Shown: piece after piece, positions 45,283 to 54,633 of the stretch
Layout of the letters: each line of letters begins with the position of its first letter
Position numbering within the stretch: the stretch's first letter is position 1
Origin: a virus
Length of the DNA stretch: 64,000 nucleotides
Direction: 5' to 3' (one strand)
Virus record (IMG/VR): IMGVR_UViG_3300013102_000007
Location: 14,454 to 78,453 of that record
Notes under the pieces: generated by a model
What the model saw: only the letters and a program-made list of their open reading frames with translations
What the model was told of the DNA's origin: nothing
The model's database searches: none
Program-made: the position numbers and the translations under genes

Positions 45283-45767
45283 CTAGGCTTTTGACCATAT
45301 TAATTAGCTACCTTAATTATGGTAATTAATCTATAGTGTGTTAGCTAATTTCATAGAGGGAATGTGAAAGAAAATGTAAGTCTACCCTGTAGTCCCTTAA
45401 TTACAAGTTTTTACTAGATAAATTTACATTTTTTCTTAACTTCATATCGGTCATTTAGTTAATCGTGGTAGGTGTAAGTCTGAGAAATTCCTATAATCCA
45501 CTCTTTGTTTGTGTCCCTTCGCCCGAATACATAATGCCGTTGCTTCCTGTAAACTTAGCCACATCTTCTAGCTTTGTTCCTCACTCGTTTAGCAATGAAG
45601 TTCCCCTGTTTTAAACTTCATGGACACTCTAACTAAGTGTGTTAACTTTAATTGTTTGGCGTTAACAACCAATAGAACTGCAAACTTAAACATAATTTTG
45701 TTATAAAACAAATAAAATAGTTTAAAATAAATTTTGTACCTTCATATCCTTTTCCTACCTTAGTATT

Positions 45768-45941
45768 ATGATTGAAAATAAGAAAAAATTGGAAGGTGCC
45801 ATACTAGGAGTATCTCAATGTAATTTAGCATCCATTTTAAAAAGAATTAATCCCAAACCAATTATAGTAAAATTTGGAGAGGGTAATTATTATCTCGATT
45901 CGGAAATTATTAAAAATAATAAAAATGAAAAAATTATATAA
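45768..45941 (+). CDS. small HTH-like DNA-binding protein (57 aa)
   Basis: Found by hand translation: MIENKKKLEGAILGVSQCNLASILKRINPKP... The GVSQ.NLA.ILKR segment resembles an HTH recognition helix. First ORF of the plus arm; below the ORF-track cutoff. Confidence 0.45.
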   Translation: MIENKKKLEGAILGVSQCNLASILKRINPKPIIVKFGEGNYYLDSEIIKNNKNEKII

Positions 45942-46131
45942 AATCAGGCATAAACCTACAGGTAAATTTGTATCATTAGGATACAATTCAAAATCAACTT
46001 GGAGAATTTATCCATCAGAAGCAATTTCATATTCAAGAGAAATACAACAAAACATGCAAGACTACGAGATTGTAGTTTATACGTATGTGGAAGATCACTC
46101 AGAACCTCTTAAAGAATTAAAACAAAAATAG
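45925..46131 (+). CDS. hypothetical protein
   Basis: Same frame as ORF 45874..46131. The Met at 45925 (MKKLYKIRHKPTGKF) is the more likely start. It ends 1 nt before the RNR gene. Confidence 0.55.
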   Translation: MKKLYKIRHKPTGKFVSLGYNSKSTWRIYPSEAISYSREIQQNMQDYEIVVYTYVEDHSEPLKELKQK

Positions 46132-46132
46132 A

Positions 46133-48070
46133 ATGAATAAAAGCACAAAAATTTTAAGTGAAATTACCATTTTTTCAAAATACGCAAAGTACTTACCTAA
46201 ATTACAAAGACGTGAGACGTGGCCGGAAATTGTAAAAAGATATACGGATATGATGATTGATAAGTATCCAAAATTAAAAGACGAAATATTAGAGAACGCC
46301 AAGCTTATTTTAGACAAAAAAGTCCTACCATCAATGAGAGCTTTACAATTTGCTGGTAAACCTATAGAAAAGAATCCCACTCGTGTTTACAATTGTGCTT
46401 TTTTGCCAATAGATGATTACCGCGCATTTGGGGAAACTATGTTTTTACTTTTAGGTGGGACAGGGGTTGGGTATTCAGTTCAATTTCATCATGTAGATAA
46501 GCTGCCGGAAGTTACCAAACCTACCAAGCATAAACGATACCTAATTGGGGATAGTATTGAAGGATGGTCTGATGCGGTTAAGATGCTAATGAAATCTTAT
46601 CTTGGTAAGAGCCAAGTTAAACCTGTGTTTGATTTTAGAGATATACGAGAAAAGGGTGCCAGATTGAAGACCACAGGAGGCAAAGCCCCTGGGTCTGAGC
46701 CACTTAAAACTTGTTTATTTAACATTGAAACCATTTTAGAGCGTAAACAAAACGGAGACAAATTAACTCCTATTGAATGTCACGATATTCTTTGTTATAT
46801 TGCTAATGCCGTTTTAGCAGGTGGTATCAGAAGAGCTGCAATGATAAGTTTGTTTAGCTTTGATGATGAAGAAATGTTGGCTTGTAAATCTGGTAATTGG
46901 TGGGAACTGAATGAACAACGTGGTAGATCAAATAATTCAGCTGTGATAGTTCGAAACAGGATTAAAAAAGATGAGTGGGATTCAATTTGGGCTAAGATTA
47001 AAGCTTCAGGTTCTGGTGAACCAGCTGTATACTTTACAAATAATTCAGATTGGGGGACTAATCCATGTTGTGAGGTAGCACTAAGACCTTTTCAATTTTG
47101 CAATCTTTGTGAAGTTAATGTGTCTGATATTACTTCTCAAGAAGATTTAAACCGGAGAGTATCAGTGGCTGCTTTCTTTGGGACATTACAAGCAGGTTTT
47201 ACAGACTTTCACTATCTGAGAGATATTTGGAAAAAGAATACTGAAAAAGATGCTTTGATTGGTATTGGAATGACAGGCATCGGATCAGGTGTAGTAGAAC
47301 AATATGATCTAAAAGAAGCTGCTAAATTGGTTAGCAAAATTAATGAGGTTACAGCTAAACTTATTGGTATAAGAAAATCAGCTCGTGATACAGTTGTTAA
47401 ACCAGCAGGTACAACTTCTTGTGTTCTTGGTACAAGTAGTGGAGTCCACGCTTGGCATAATGATTATTATTTACGTTCTATTCGTTTAGGTAAAAATGAA
47501 TCTTTATATACTTATCTAAGCATTTATGCTCCTGCTTTATTAGAAGATGACTTCTTTAGACCAGAGACTCAAGCAATTGTTAGAATACCACAAAATGCTC
47601 CTGAAGGTGCTATACTTAGGACTGAATCAGCTTTAGACCTTTTAGAAAGAACTAAACGATTCAATTTAGATTGGGTTAGAAGTGGACACGTATCAGGAGA
47701 TAACACAAACAATGTATCAGCTACTGTATCGTTAGGTAACGAACGTACTTATATACATGACCATATTACAAATACTTATATGGATAGTAGTTTAGTAGAG
47801 CCAATAACAGATAAGACACACTTATTAGATGAATGGGAAATGGCTGGTGAGTGGATGTGGGAGAATAAAAATACTTTTAATGGGTTAAGTGTTTTGCCTT
47901 ATTTAGGAGGTACTTATGTTCAAGCCCCTTTTGAAGATATAACAAAAGAAGAGTTTGAAAGTAGATTAAAATCATTAGTAGACATTGATCTTTCTAAAGT
48001 AGTAGAAATTGATGATGAAACTGAACATAATCAAGAAAGTGCGTGTGCAGGTGGTAAGTGTGAAGTTTAA
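46133..48070 (+). CDS. nrdJ: class II (adenosylcobalamin-dependent) ribonucleotide reductase, monomeric RTPR-like
   Basis: 645 aa. Active-site NPCCEV (thiyl-radical Cys loop) and a C-terminal redox pair CAGGKCEV-stop, like the CxGGxC tail of L. leichmannii-type RTPR. Confidence 0.8.
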   Translation: MNKSTKILSEITIFSKYAKYLPKLQRRETWPEIVKRYTDMMIDKYPKLKDEILENAKLILDKKVLPSMRALQFAGKPIEKNPTRVYNCAFLPIDDYRAFGETMFLLLGGTGVGYSVQFHHVDKLPEVTKPTKHKRYLIGDSIEGWSDAVKMLMKSYLGKSQVKPVFDFRDIREKGARLKTTGGKAPGSEPLKTCLFNIETILERKQNGDKLTPIECHDILCYIANAVLAGGIRRAAMISLFSFDDEEMLACKSGNWWELNEQRGRSNNSAVIVRNRIKKDEWDSIWAKIKASGSGEPAVYFTNNSDWGTNPCCEVALRPFQFCNLCEVNVSDITSQEDLNRRVSVAAFFGTLQAGFTDFHYLRDIWKKNTEKDALIGIGMTGIGSGVVEQYDLKEAAKLVSKINEVTAKLIGIRKSARDTVVKPAGTTSCVLGTSSGVHAWHNDYYLRSIRLGKNESLYTYLSIYAPALLEDDFFRPETQAIVRIPQNAPEGAILRTESALDLLERTKRFNLDWVRSGHVSGDNTNNVSATVSLGNERTYIHDHITNTYMDSSLVEPITDKTHLLDEWEMAGEWMWENKNTFNGLSVLPYLGGTYVQAPFEDITKEEFESRLKSLVDIDLSKVVEIDDETEHNQESACAGGKCEV

Positions 48071-48090
48071 ATAATTATTCAAAAAAGAAA

Positions 48091-48123
48091 CCCCGACTAG
48101 AGTAATATCTGATCGGGGTTTTT
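48091..48123. terminator. bidirectional intrinsic terminator between convergent genes
   Basis: AAAAAAGAAA-CCCCGA...TCGGGG-TTTTT. The hairpin is flanked by an A run and a T run and lies between the nrdJ stop (48070) and the stop of the minus-strand gene (48127). Confidence 0.7.
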
Positions 48124-48126
48124 GCT

Positions 48127-48507
48127 TTACTTAGCTTCCATAAGGTCTTTATGTATTTGCTTGAATAGTTTTTTTCTTTCTGTTTTATTTAATTTTTTAT
48201 TATTTACCATACCCATGTAATAGGCTTGTTCGGCTGGTGTTATTTTCCACCAAATATTGTAAGTAGTAAAATCAGATACATTTCTTAAATATGGGGTTAG
48301 TTCAAAAGCTCCCATACCACTATGAGTTGCATAGTGTTTAATAATAGTATTTTTTCCTACTGATTGGGCTTCATATCCAAGTTCTATTAAAATTGACTTT
48401 AATAACATTGGATCATTTTCATAATTTTCAATTGCTATTTGCAATCTTGGGCTTTCCATTAAATCCTCTACTGTAGTATTTAACGTTCTTCCTTTTTTCT
48501 GGATCAT
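48127..48507 (-). CDS. hypothetical protein, opposite-strand gene inside the plus arm
   Basis: 126-aa ORF with its own 215-bp upstream region and the shared terminator. Confidence 0.6.
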   Translation of the reverse strand: MIQKKGRTLNTTVEDLMESPRLQIAIENYENDPMLLKSILIELGYEAQSVGKNTIIKHYATHSGMGAFELTPYLRNVSDFTTYNIWWKITPAEQAYYMGMVNNKKLNKTERKKLFKQIHKDLMEAK

Positions 48508-48722
48508 AATTAATATCTTTTAAATTGTATCTGTGCTAGTATATAAGGAATAAACTCGTTAATGATTAATAAGTGACCTACTACTATTTGTAAAACATTC
48601 ATTTCTTGCTAAAATTATTAGTCAAAGTTACCACAATAATTTATTATTTCCAAATCTGACTTATATGTGACAATAGTTATGACTCAAGTACATATCTTAG
48701 CGTTATAATTAAAAACAAAGAA

Positions 48723-48974
48723 ATGAAAAAACAAGATGTTTACGTATCTACAGATACACCAGAAAAATGCAAAGCATTATTTGCAGTGTTAGAAAAACAC
48801 AATGAACCCATTTACTTTCACTCTTTAAATTTAAAAGAAGGTGCTTTAGAAGGTGGTAATTTTGTTGACTTTGACGATGAAGAATGGATTAGAGGTACTA
48901 TAGGTTGGTTAGAAGAAAAAACAGAAATTTCTGTTGAAGAATTGGATCAAATTTTATCATCACAATATGAATAA
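48723..48974 (+). CDS. stand-alone copy of the MKK..YV...KTEIS.EEL..IL paralog domain
   Basis: 83 aa. Aligns by eye over its full length with the N-termini of 2093..2575 and 6125..6703. Confidence 0.65.
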   Translation: MKKQDVYVSTDTPEKCKALFAVLEKHNEPIYFHSLNLKEGALEGGNFVDFDDEEWIRGTIGWLEEKTEISVEELDQILSSQYE

Positions 48975-49446
48975 GTATACAGAAGAAGAGTTAGTAGGGA
49001 TGACTGCTGAAGTAGTTGAGCATCCTGAAATGCAAGAAATTATTAATCAAGGTTTAGGTGGATTGTTAGGCTTGGTAGCAGAGTTTAATTTTGTAGGAGA
49101 GCAAAATATTTATCCTGCTCCGGTTCAACAAAATGAAAAAGATATAAAGCTTACTGTTGATTTGATTCAAGAAGAGTTGAATGAATTGAAAGAGGCTTTG
49201 GAAACTGGTGATAAAGTTGCACAATTAGATGCATACATTGATTTGGCTTACGTACTTTTTGGTGGTGTTCATAAAAGTGGAATGATGAAAGAGTTTGTTA
49301 AAGGCTTTTTACCAGTTCATATTAACAATATGTCTAAATTCCAAAATGGAAAAGCTATTTTTAACGAAGCCGGAAAAATTATCAAACCTGAAGGTTATCA
49401 ACCTATTGATTTAGGTGTTAATTTTCCTTACTTAAAAAACAAATAA
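48934..49446 (+). CDS. MazG-like nucleotide pyrophosphohydrolase
   Basis: LIQEELNELKEA...AQLDAYIDLAYVLFGG is the EExxE...D metal-binding pattern of all-alpha NTP-PPases. The likely start is the Met at 48967, which overlaps the previous stop. Confidence 0.7.
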   Translation: MKNWIKFYHHNMNKYTEEELVGMTAEVVEHPEMQEIINQGLGGLLGLVAEFNFVGEQNIYPAPVQQNEKDIKLTVDLIQEELNELKEALETGDKVAQLDAYIDLAYVLFGGVHKSGMMKEFVKGFLPVHINNMSKFQNGKAIFNEAGKIIKPEGYQPIDLGVNFPYLKNK

Positions 49447-49447
49447 A

Positions 49448-49876
49448 ATGAAGAAATCTGTTTATTTAGCTGGTGGTTTTTATGCTAATGATTGGCAAGA
49501 AACTGTTAAAGATGCTTGTTCTGAATTAGACGTTAAATTTTTTGATCCAAAGGAAAAAGAAGCTAATTTAAGAAAATTTACAAGTGAAGGAGATATATTT
49601 AAACGCCCTGAAGTTTATACTTTTTGGGATTTGAATGCTATTAAATCTTCAGATATTGTGTTTGTCTATATTGATAGAAATAATCCAGCTGTAGGCTCTT
49701 TAGTTGAGTTAGGTTACGCGAAAGGTTTAGGTAAAACAGTTATCTCTGTAATAGAGAAAGGTCGGGATGAAGTTAATAAAACTTATGACAGATACTTTGA
49801 ATTTGCAAGAGAGACTGTTGATATAAATTTTGATGAGCTTGAAGAAGGAATTAATTTTTTAAAAACAATTTTATAA
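49448..49876 (+). CDS. nucleoside 2-deoxyribosyltransferase / Rcl-like protein
   Basis: VYLAGGF...DW......, then D.VFVYID....AVGSLVELGYAKGLGK.VI, is the NDT/Rcl fold signature. Confidence 0.7.
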   Translation: MKKSVYLAGGFYANDWQETVKDACSELDVKFFDPKEKEANLRKFTSEGDIFKRPEVYTFWDLNAIKSSDIVFVYIDRNNPAVGSLVELGYAKGLGKTVISVIEKGRDEVNKTYDRYFEFARETVDINFDELEEGINFLKTIL

Positions 49877-49878
49877 CA

Positions 49879-50079
49879 ATGGGATTATTAAGAAGATCAA
49901 AAAAATTTGATGGAAAATCTATCTTAACAAGAAGATTTTTAGGTAAAACTGATGGATTCACTTCAAAAGGTGAAAGACATTTTTGCCAGAGAAGTTTATA
50001 TCACTATTTAAAAGGTCATAAGTACTTTATATTTAGAGGTATGGTTGCTGAAGTTGAAGAAAAAGAATTTTACGTATAA
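49879..50079 (+). CDS. hypothetical basic protein
   Basis: 66-aa ORF, packed. Confidence 0.5.
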   Translation: MGLLRRSKKFDGKSILTRRFLGKTDGFTSKGERHFCQRSLYHYLKGHKYFIFRGMVAEVEEKEFYV

Positions 50080-50318
50080 TGGGAAAAACAAAATTTACTG
50101 GTAAAGAACTAAGAGCTTTAGGCTTTACCCTAACACAAGATGGAGGTACTTCGTATTACATCTTACTTTTAAGTCCGGCTAATCCAATTGAAAGTGATTA
50201 CCTAGCCTCTGATGATATTAAATCAACTGGTGATACTGTTGGTGTTCAATTTAACAATGCTGGTGAGTACTTAACTGAAGAACAAATTAAAACCTACACT
50301 AATGGAAATGGAAACTAA
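50079..50318 (+). CDS. hypothetical protein
   Basis: 79-aa ORF with ATGA-type junction. Confidence 0.5.
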   Translation: MGKTKFTGKELRALGFTLTQDGGTSYYILLLSPANPIESDYLASDDIKSTGDTVGVQFNNAGEYLTEEQIKTYTNGNGN

Positions 50319-50526
50319 TATTGAAAAGTCTTTAAAAGCTATAGATTTTCAAATGGAAATTATAAGTAATTATAGTGGTAATAAGGAAAAGGAAGAGCTT
50401 GATCTTATTATTTTAGAGAATGACTTTAAAAATTTTCTTATAGCTAGTTTTGCTATTGATACACATCAAATAGAGAGTATAAATTATAGTAATAACCAAT
50501 TAAACGTAAAACTGAAAAAGGGTTAA
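50302..50526 (+). CDS. hypothetical protein
   Basis: 74-aa ORF. Confidence 0.5.
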   Translation: MEMETNIEKSLKAIDFQMEIISNYSGNKEKEELDLIILENDFKNFLIASFAIDTHQIESINYSNNQLNVKLKKG

Positions 50527-50637
50527 GGACAGAATAGGGCACTCAGTAACCCTGCGTGACTACAAGCACAAGACCCCGAAGGCAACTTGTAGATTTTTGC
50601 CTTGCTACGCTGTAGGTGCCCTTTTTAATTTAAAATT

Positions 50638-51051
50638 ATGAATATAAATATTGATTTTGATGGTACATGTGTTACACATGATTTTCCTAGAGTTGGAAAA
50701 AGTATTGGAGCTGAGTATGTTTTAAGAGAATTAGCTGATAAAGGCCATAATTTGATTTTATTTACTATGCGTAGTTTTTCTAAAGGTATTTCACCAATAA
50801 CAAATGATGAAGAAAATGGTGGACTTCAAGATGCTATTGATTGGTTTAAAATTAATAAAATACCTTTGTACGGTATTCAATGTGACCCTGAACAACACAA
50901 TTGGACTAGTTCACCAAAAAGTTTTGCACCATTAATGATTGACGATTCTGCATTAGGTTGTCCTCTTAAATATGACAAATCTATGTCGGACAGACCATTT
51001 GCTGATTGGAACCTAATTCGTACCTTGCTTCAAAATAGAGGAATTTTATAA
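50638..51051 (+). CDS. HAD-superfamily phosphatase-like protein
   Basis: N-terminal IDFDGTCV is the DxDGT nucleophile motif. A downstream ILFTMRS motif and a small cap follow. Confidence 0.65.
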   Translation: MNINIDFDGTCVTHDFPRVGKSIGAEYVLRELADKGHNLILFTMRSFSKGISPITNDEENGGLQDAIDWFKINKIPLYGIQCDPEQHNWTSSPKSFAPLMIDDSALGCPLKYDKSMSDRPFADWNLIRTLLQNRGIL

Positions 51052-51052
51052 A

Positions 51053-51298
51053 ATGGAAAATATTAAAAATTATGTAGACCGCTTTGAAACCAAGTACGAA
51101 GAAGGTTTTACAAATTCAGAAATAAAACAAGTCATTAAAGCATTTCCTAGAATGAATAAAAAATATTTCTTTGCTGCTTTAGATGGTATTACTTGTATTG
51201 TTAAAGATGGAAATATCATTACATACCATGATGATATTGAAAAAGCACTAAGATGTGCAACTGAAGACCGTAAACAATCGTGGTATGAATTCGATTAA
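51053..51298 (+). CDS. hypothetical protein
   Basis: 81-aa ORF. Confidence 0.5.
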   Translation: MENIKNYVDRFETKYEEGFTNSEIKQVIKAFPRMNKKYFFAALDGITCIVKDGNIITYHDDIEKALRCATEDRKQSWYEFD

Positions 51299-51309
51299 AC
51301 TAAAATAAT

Positions 51310-53238
51310 ATGCCAGCATTTGTGTGTGATATTGAAGCCGATAACCTTCTGGATGACGTAACTAAGATTCATTGTCTTGGTTACTCACCAGTAGATAGAT
51401 TAGAGGTCAAAACGTTAACTACGTACTCCGAAATTAGAGAGTTTCTCTTCCAAGATAGCTTAACTATAATAGGACACAATTTTGTTAAATACGATAAGCC
51501 TACGTTAGAAAAAATACTTGGAGAGAAATTTGATTTTAAAATTGTTGATACTTTAGGTTTATCCTATTATTTACATTCTTCAGATGGTAGAACTAAACAC
51601 GGCCTTGAACAATACGGTGATGAGTATGGTGTACCAAAGCCTCCTGTTTATGATTGGGTAAACGAGCCAATAGAAGTGTATGTAAATCGTGTTACTGAAG
51701 ACGTTAAAATAAATTGGCGTGTTTGGAAAGATCAACAGGCTTATTTAAGCGAACTATATAATCGGGATAATAAAGAAATCTTTAGACTTATTGATTATGT
51801 TTCTTTTAAATACGATTGTTTAAAAGAACAAGATGAAAATCGTATTCCAGTAGATTTAGATTTAGTAGCTTCCGAAATAATTAGGTTGGAGGAAATGGTA
51901 GTAGAGAAAAGAGTTCCTTTACTAGCAGTAATGCCTGATGTAGTAAAGTACAAGGAGGTTCTTAGACCTGCTAAGATGGTCAAAGCTGATGGATCAGAAT
52001 CGGAAGCTGCTAAAAAATGGGGTGCTCTATTAGTTCGTCATGGACTAGATTACGATTCAACTGTTGAAAAACTAACTGTTGAAGCAAGTAGAGAACCTGC
52101 TAATCCAGATTCACCACTACAAGTAAAAGATTGGTTATATAAGTTTGGTTGGATTCCTAAACATATTAAATACGTACGAAATAAAGTAACTAATGAAGTT
52201 AAACAAATACCTCAGATCACTTCTGAAGAAGATAAAACGCAAATTTGTGAATCTATTGTGGAGCTTGCTGAAGAAATACCAGAAGTATCATATCTTGCTG
52301 GCTACTCAACTGTAAAACACAGATTAAACATTCTTAAAGGTTTTGTTCGCGATATGGATAAAAACTTAAGATTAGCAGGTGATGCTATGGGATTTACTAA
52401 TACTTTTAGGCTCAAACATAGAATATTAGTAAACCTTCCTAAACCAGATGCTCCTTTTGCTGAAAATATAAGAGCTTGCCTACTGGCCGGAGAGAACCAT
52501 TATATGGTTGGTACGGATTTAAGTAGTGCTGAAGATAATACTAAGATGCACTATATTTTTCCTTTTGACCCTGATTATGTAGCAGAAATGCAATCACCAG
52601 ATTGGGAACCTCATTTATCCGTAGCAGTTAAAGCTGAACTTATGAGTAAAGAGGATTCTGATTTTTATAAGAAAGTAGATCGCGCTGAGGACAAGTCAGT
52701 ATTTTCTCCTGAAGAAATTGCTAAGTTCAAAGAGTTAAAGTTAGTTAGAGCTAAAGGTAAAACAACAAACTTCTCAGCTACTTATAAGGTTGGGGCTAAA
52801 ACACTTTCAACCAGATTAAAATCAACTGAAAAATTTGCTAAAAAAGTTTTGGATGCATATTGGGAACTTAATAAGTCTCAAAAGCAGTTCGAACAAACTT
52901 GTCAGACTAAGACAGTAAGAGGACAACTTTGGGTTAAACAACCAGTGTCCGGCTTTTGGTATACTTTAAGAGCCATGAAAGATATTTTCTCTACTGTAAA
53001 TCAAAGCACAGCCGTTTATGTGTTTGATACTTGGGTTAAATATATGAGGCAATTAGGACTTGTAATTTCTTTTCAAGCACATGATGAAGCTATGTTAATC
53101 GTGCACAATGATGTACCTAAAGAAGAAATAAAAAATAAAATTCAAAAAGCTATGGATTTAACAAATAAAGAGTTACATTTGAATGTTACTATGAAATGTA
53201 GCTTTGATGTTGGACAAAATTATAAAGACGTTCACTAA
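51310..53238 (+). CDS. family A DNA polymerase with 3'-5' exonuclease domain
   Basis: Exo I FVCDIEADNL and Exo II GHNFVKYD. Pol motif A GTDLSSAED, motif B RAKGKTTNFSATYKVG, motif C QAHDEAM. Confidence 0.9.
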   Translation: MPAFVCDIEADNLLDDVTKIHCLGYSPVDRLEVKTLTTYSEIREFLFQDSLTIIGHNFVKYDKPTLEKILGEKFDFKIVDTLGLSYYLHSSDGRTKHGLEQYGDEYGVPKPPVYDWVNEPIEVYVNRVTEDVKINWRVWKDQQAYLSELYNRDNKEIFRLIDYVSFKYDCLKEQDENRIPVDLDLVASEIIRLEEMVVEKRVPLLAVMPDVVKYKEVLRPAKMVKADGSESEAAKKWGALLVRHGLDYDSTVEKLTVEASREPANPDSPLQVKDWLYKFGWIPKHIKYVRNKVTNEVKQIPQITSEEDKTQICESIVELAEEIPEVSYLAGYSTVKHRLNILKGFVRDMDKNLRLAGDAMGFTNTFRLKHRILVNLPKPDAPFAENIRACLLAGENHYMVGTDLSSAEDNTKMHYIFPFDPDYVAEMQSPDWEPHLSVAVKAELMSKEDSDFYKKVDRAEDKSVFSPEEIAKFKELKLVRAKGKTTNFSATYKVGAKTLSTRLKSTEKFAKKVLDAYWELNKSQKQFEQTCQTKTVRGQLWVKQPVSGFWYTLRAMKDIFSTVNQSTAVYVFDTWVKYMRQLGLVISFQAHDEAMLIVHNDVPKEEIKNKIQKAMDLTNKELHLNVTMKCSFDVGQNYKDVH

Positions 53239-53246
53239 ATAATATT

Positions 53247-53540
53247 ATGAAAACAGGAATAGAGTTAATCGCCATAGAGCGAAAAGAGCAAATTGAAAAA
53301 CACGGTAGAGGTTTAAGACAAGATGTATTGTTTAATGATAATAGTCAACTTGCTTTTGCAGCAAAGCAATTACTGGAAAACAATCCAGTTTTAAGAGCTA
53401 TCGGATTTGGTAGTAGCACACCCCAAAATTGGGAAAAACAAACTTGGGGAAAAATATACAATAAACCTTATAAAGACAGGTTAATAATTGCAGGTGCCTT
53501 AATAGCTGCTGAATTAGATAGATTAAATTATGGAAACTAG
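53247..53540 (+). CDS. hypothetical protein (IERKEQIEKHG...QLAFAAKQL helical family)
   Basis: 97 aa. The pattern recurs in phage genomes. A relationship to all-alpha NTP-PPases is possible but not demonstrable here. Confidence 0.5.
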   Translation: MKTGIELIAIERKEQIEKHGRGLRQDVLFNDNSQLAFAAKQLLENNPVLRAIGFGSSTPQNWEKQTWGKIYNKPYKDRLIIAGALIAAELDRLNYGN

Positions 53541-54123
53541 ATTCATAGGCTGTCTTCACTTAGGACACGAAGGAATGGCAAGGCACAGAGGCTTTGTTGA
53601 TTCTTGGGCACATGACGACTATTTAATAGAACAATGGAACTCTGTAGTTGGTAAGAAAGACATTGTGTATATTCTTGGTGATGTAACAATGGCTAGTAAA
53701 AAATGGTATTTTAAATTAGATCAGTTAAATGGTACTAAACATGTGGTGCTTGGAAATCACGATAGGAGACAAGATGTACCTGAACTTTTAAAATATGTAG
53801 ATACTGTTGGAGGTTGTATTGATTGGCATGGTTATATGTTAACTCATGCACCTGTACACCCAAATGAGGTTACTTTCCATAAAGGTAATATTCATGCACA
53901 CATACATCATGTTAATAAACTAGAAGAATTTGTTGTACATAATAGATTTACTGATGTGGGATCAATATTAGTTCCTACTAAAGCTTTTTATATTAACGTA
54001 GATGCTAAATTGTTAAATTTTAAACCTAGAACAATTGATGAGCTTACTTATTCTGATGATGAAACTTTAAAAGAGTATGAAAGAATGTCTAGTGATTGGA
54101 ATTTAGGAAAAGGATTTTTATAA
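53530..54123 (+). CDS. metallophosphoesterase (phage Ser/Thr-phosphatase-like)
   Basis: GCLHLGHE, LGDVTM, LGNHD, THAPVHP and HAHIHH form the calcineurin-like motif series. Confidence 0.75.
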   Translation: METRFIGCLHLGHEGMARHRGFVDSWAHDDYLIEQWNSVVGKKDIVYILGDVTMASKKWYFKLDQLNGTKHVVLGNHDRRQDVPELLKYVDTVGGCIDWHGYMLTHAPVHPNEVTFHKGNIHAHIHHVNKLEEFVVHNRFTDVGSILVPTKAFYINVDAKLLNFKPRTIDELTYSDDETLKEYERMSSDWNLGKGFL

Positions 54124-54130
54124 AAATATT

Positions 54131-54451
54131 ATGAAAAAGTTAGAAAATGAAATAACTAAAAGGGGCTTTGACTATAAATTAGTTAAGCGTACTGATAAAA
54201 TAGCTTTGTATGAGCTTTGGACTCGCGGTAAAGATGTTTTACTTGCAGGTCATGAGGTGTTTTTAATAATCATAGCACCTGCTAAAACAATGGAAATTAA
54301 AAAAGTAATTGAACATTTGCCAGAAAGAGAAATGTTCCCACCAGACAGTGCATTTGGCGTTACTGCTTGGAGTGTTGGTATTGATCCTAAAAGAGCTTTG
54401 AAACGTTACAATGAATTAAAAGAACAATATATTAATCATCAAACATCATGA
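54131..54451 (+). CDS. hypothetical protein
   Basis: 106-aa ORF. Confidence 0.55.
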   Translation: MKKLENEITKRGFDYKLVKRTDKIALYELWTRGKDVLLAGHEVFLIIIAPAKTMEIKKVIEHLPEREMFPPDSAFGVTAWSVGIDPKRALKRYNELKEQYINHQTS

Positions 54452-54633
54452 TCTATTTATTTATACCAATACTGTTGGTATTTTTAACAGGGCTTTCAGC
54501 AGCAAAGTTTACTAGTAGGTTAGAGAGTTGGTACACATTTTTCTATAATTGGTTATTTCAATTTTTTGCTGCTATGGGTGTAGTGTTTGTTGTACTAATT
54601 TGTAAATTTTTTGTATGTCTGATAATGAATTAA
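54448..54633 (+). CDS. small membrane protein
   Basis: 61 aa with two hydrophobic helices. ATGA overlap upstream. Confidence 0.5.
   Translation: MIYLFIPILLVFLTGLSAAKFTSRLESWYTFFYNWLFQFFAAMGVVFVVLICKFFVCLIMN

Noticed and set aside
46117-46380. 87-aa minus-strand ORF overlapping the start of the RNR gene
   Set aside because: It is antisense to a strongly supported CDS, hydrophobic and low in complexity, and has no promoter or terminator context.
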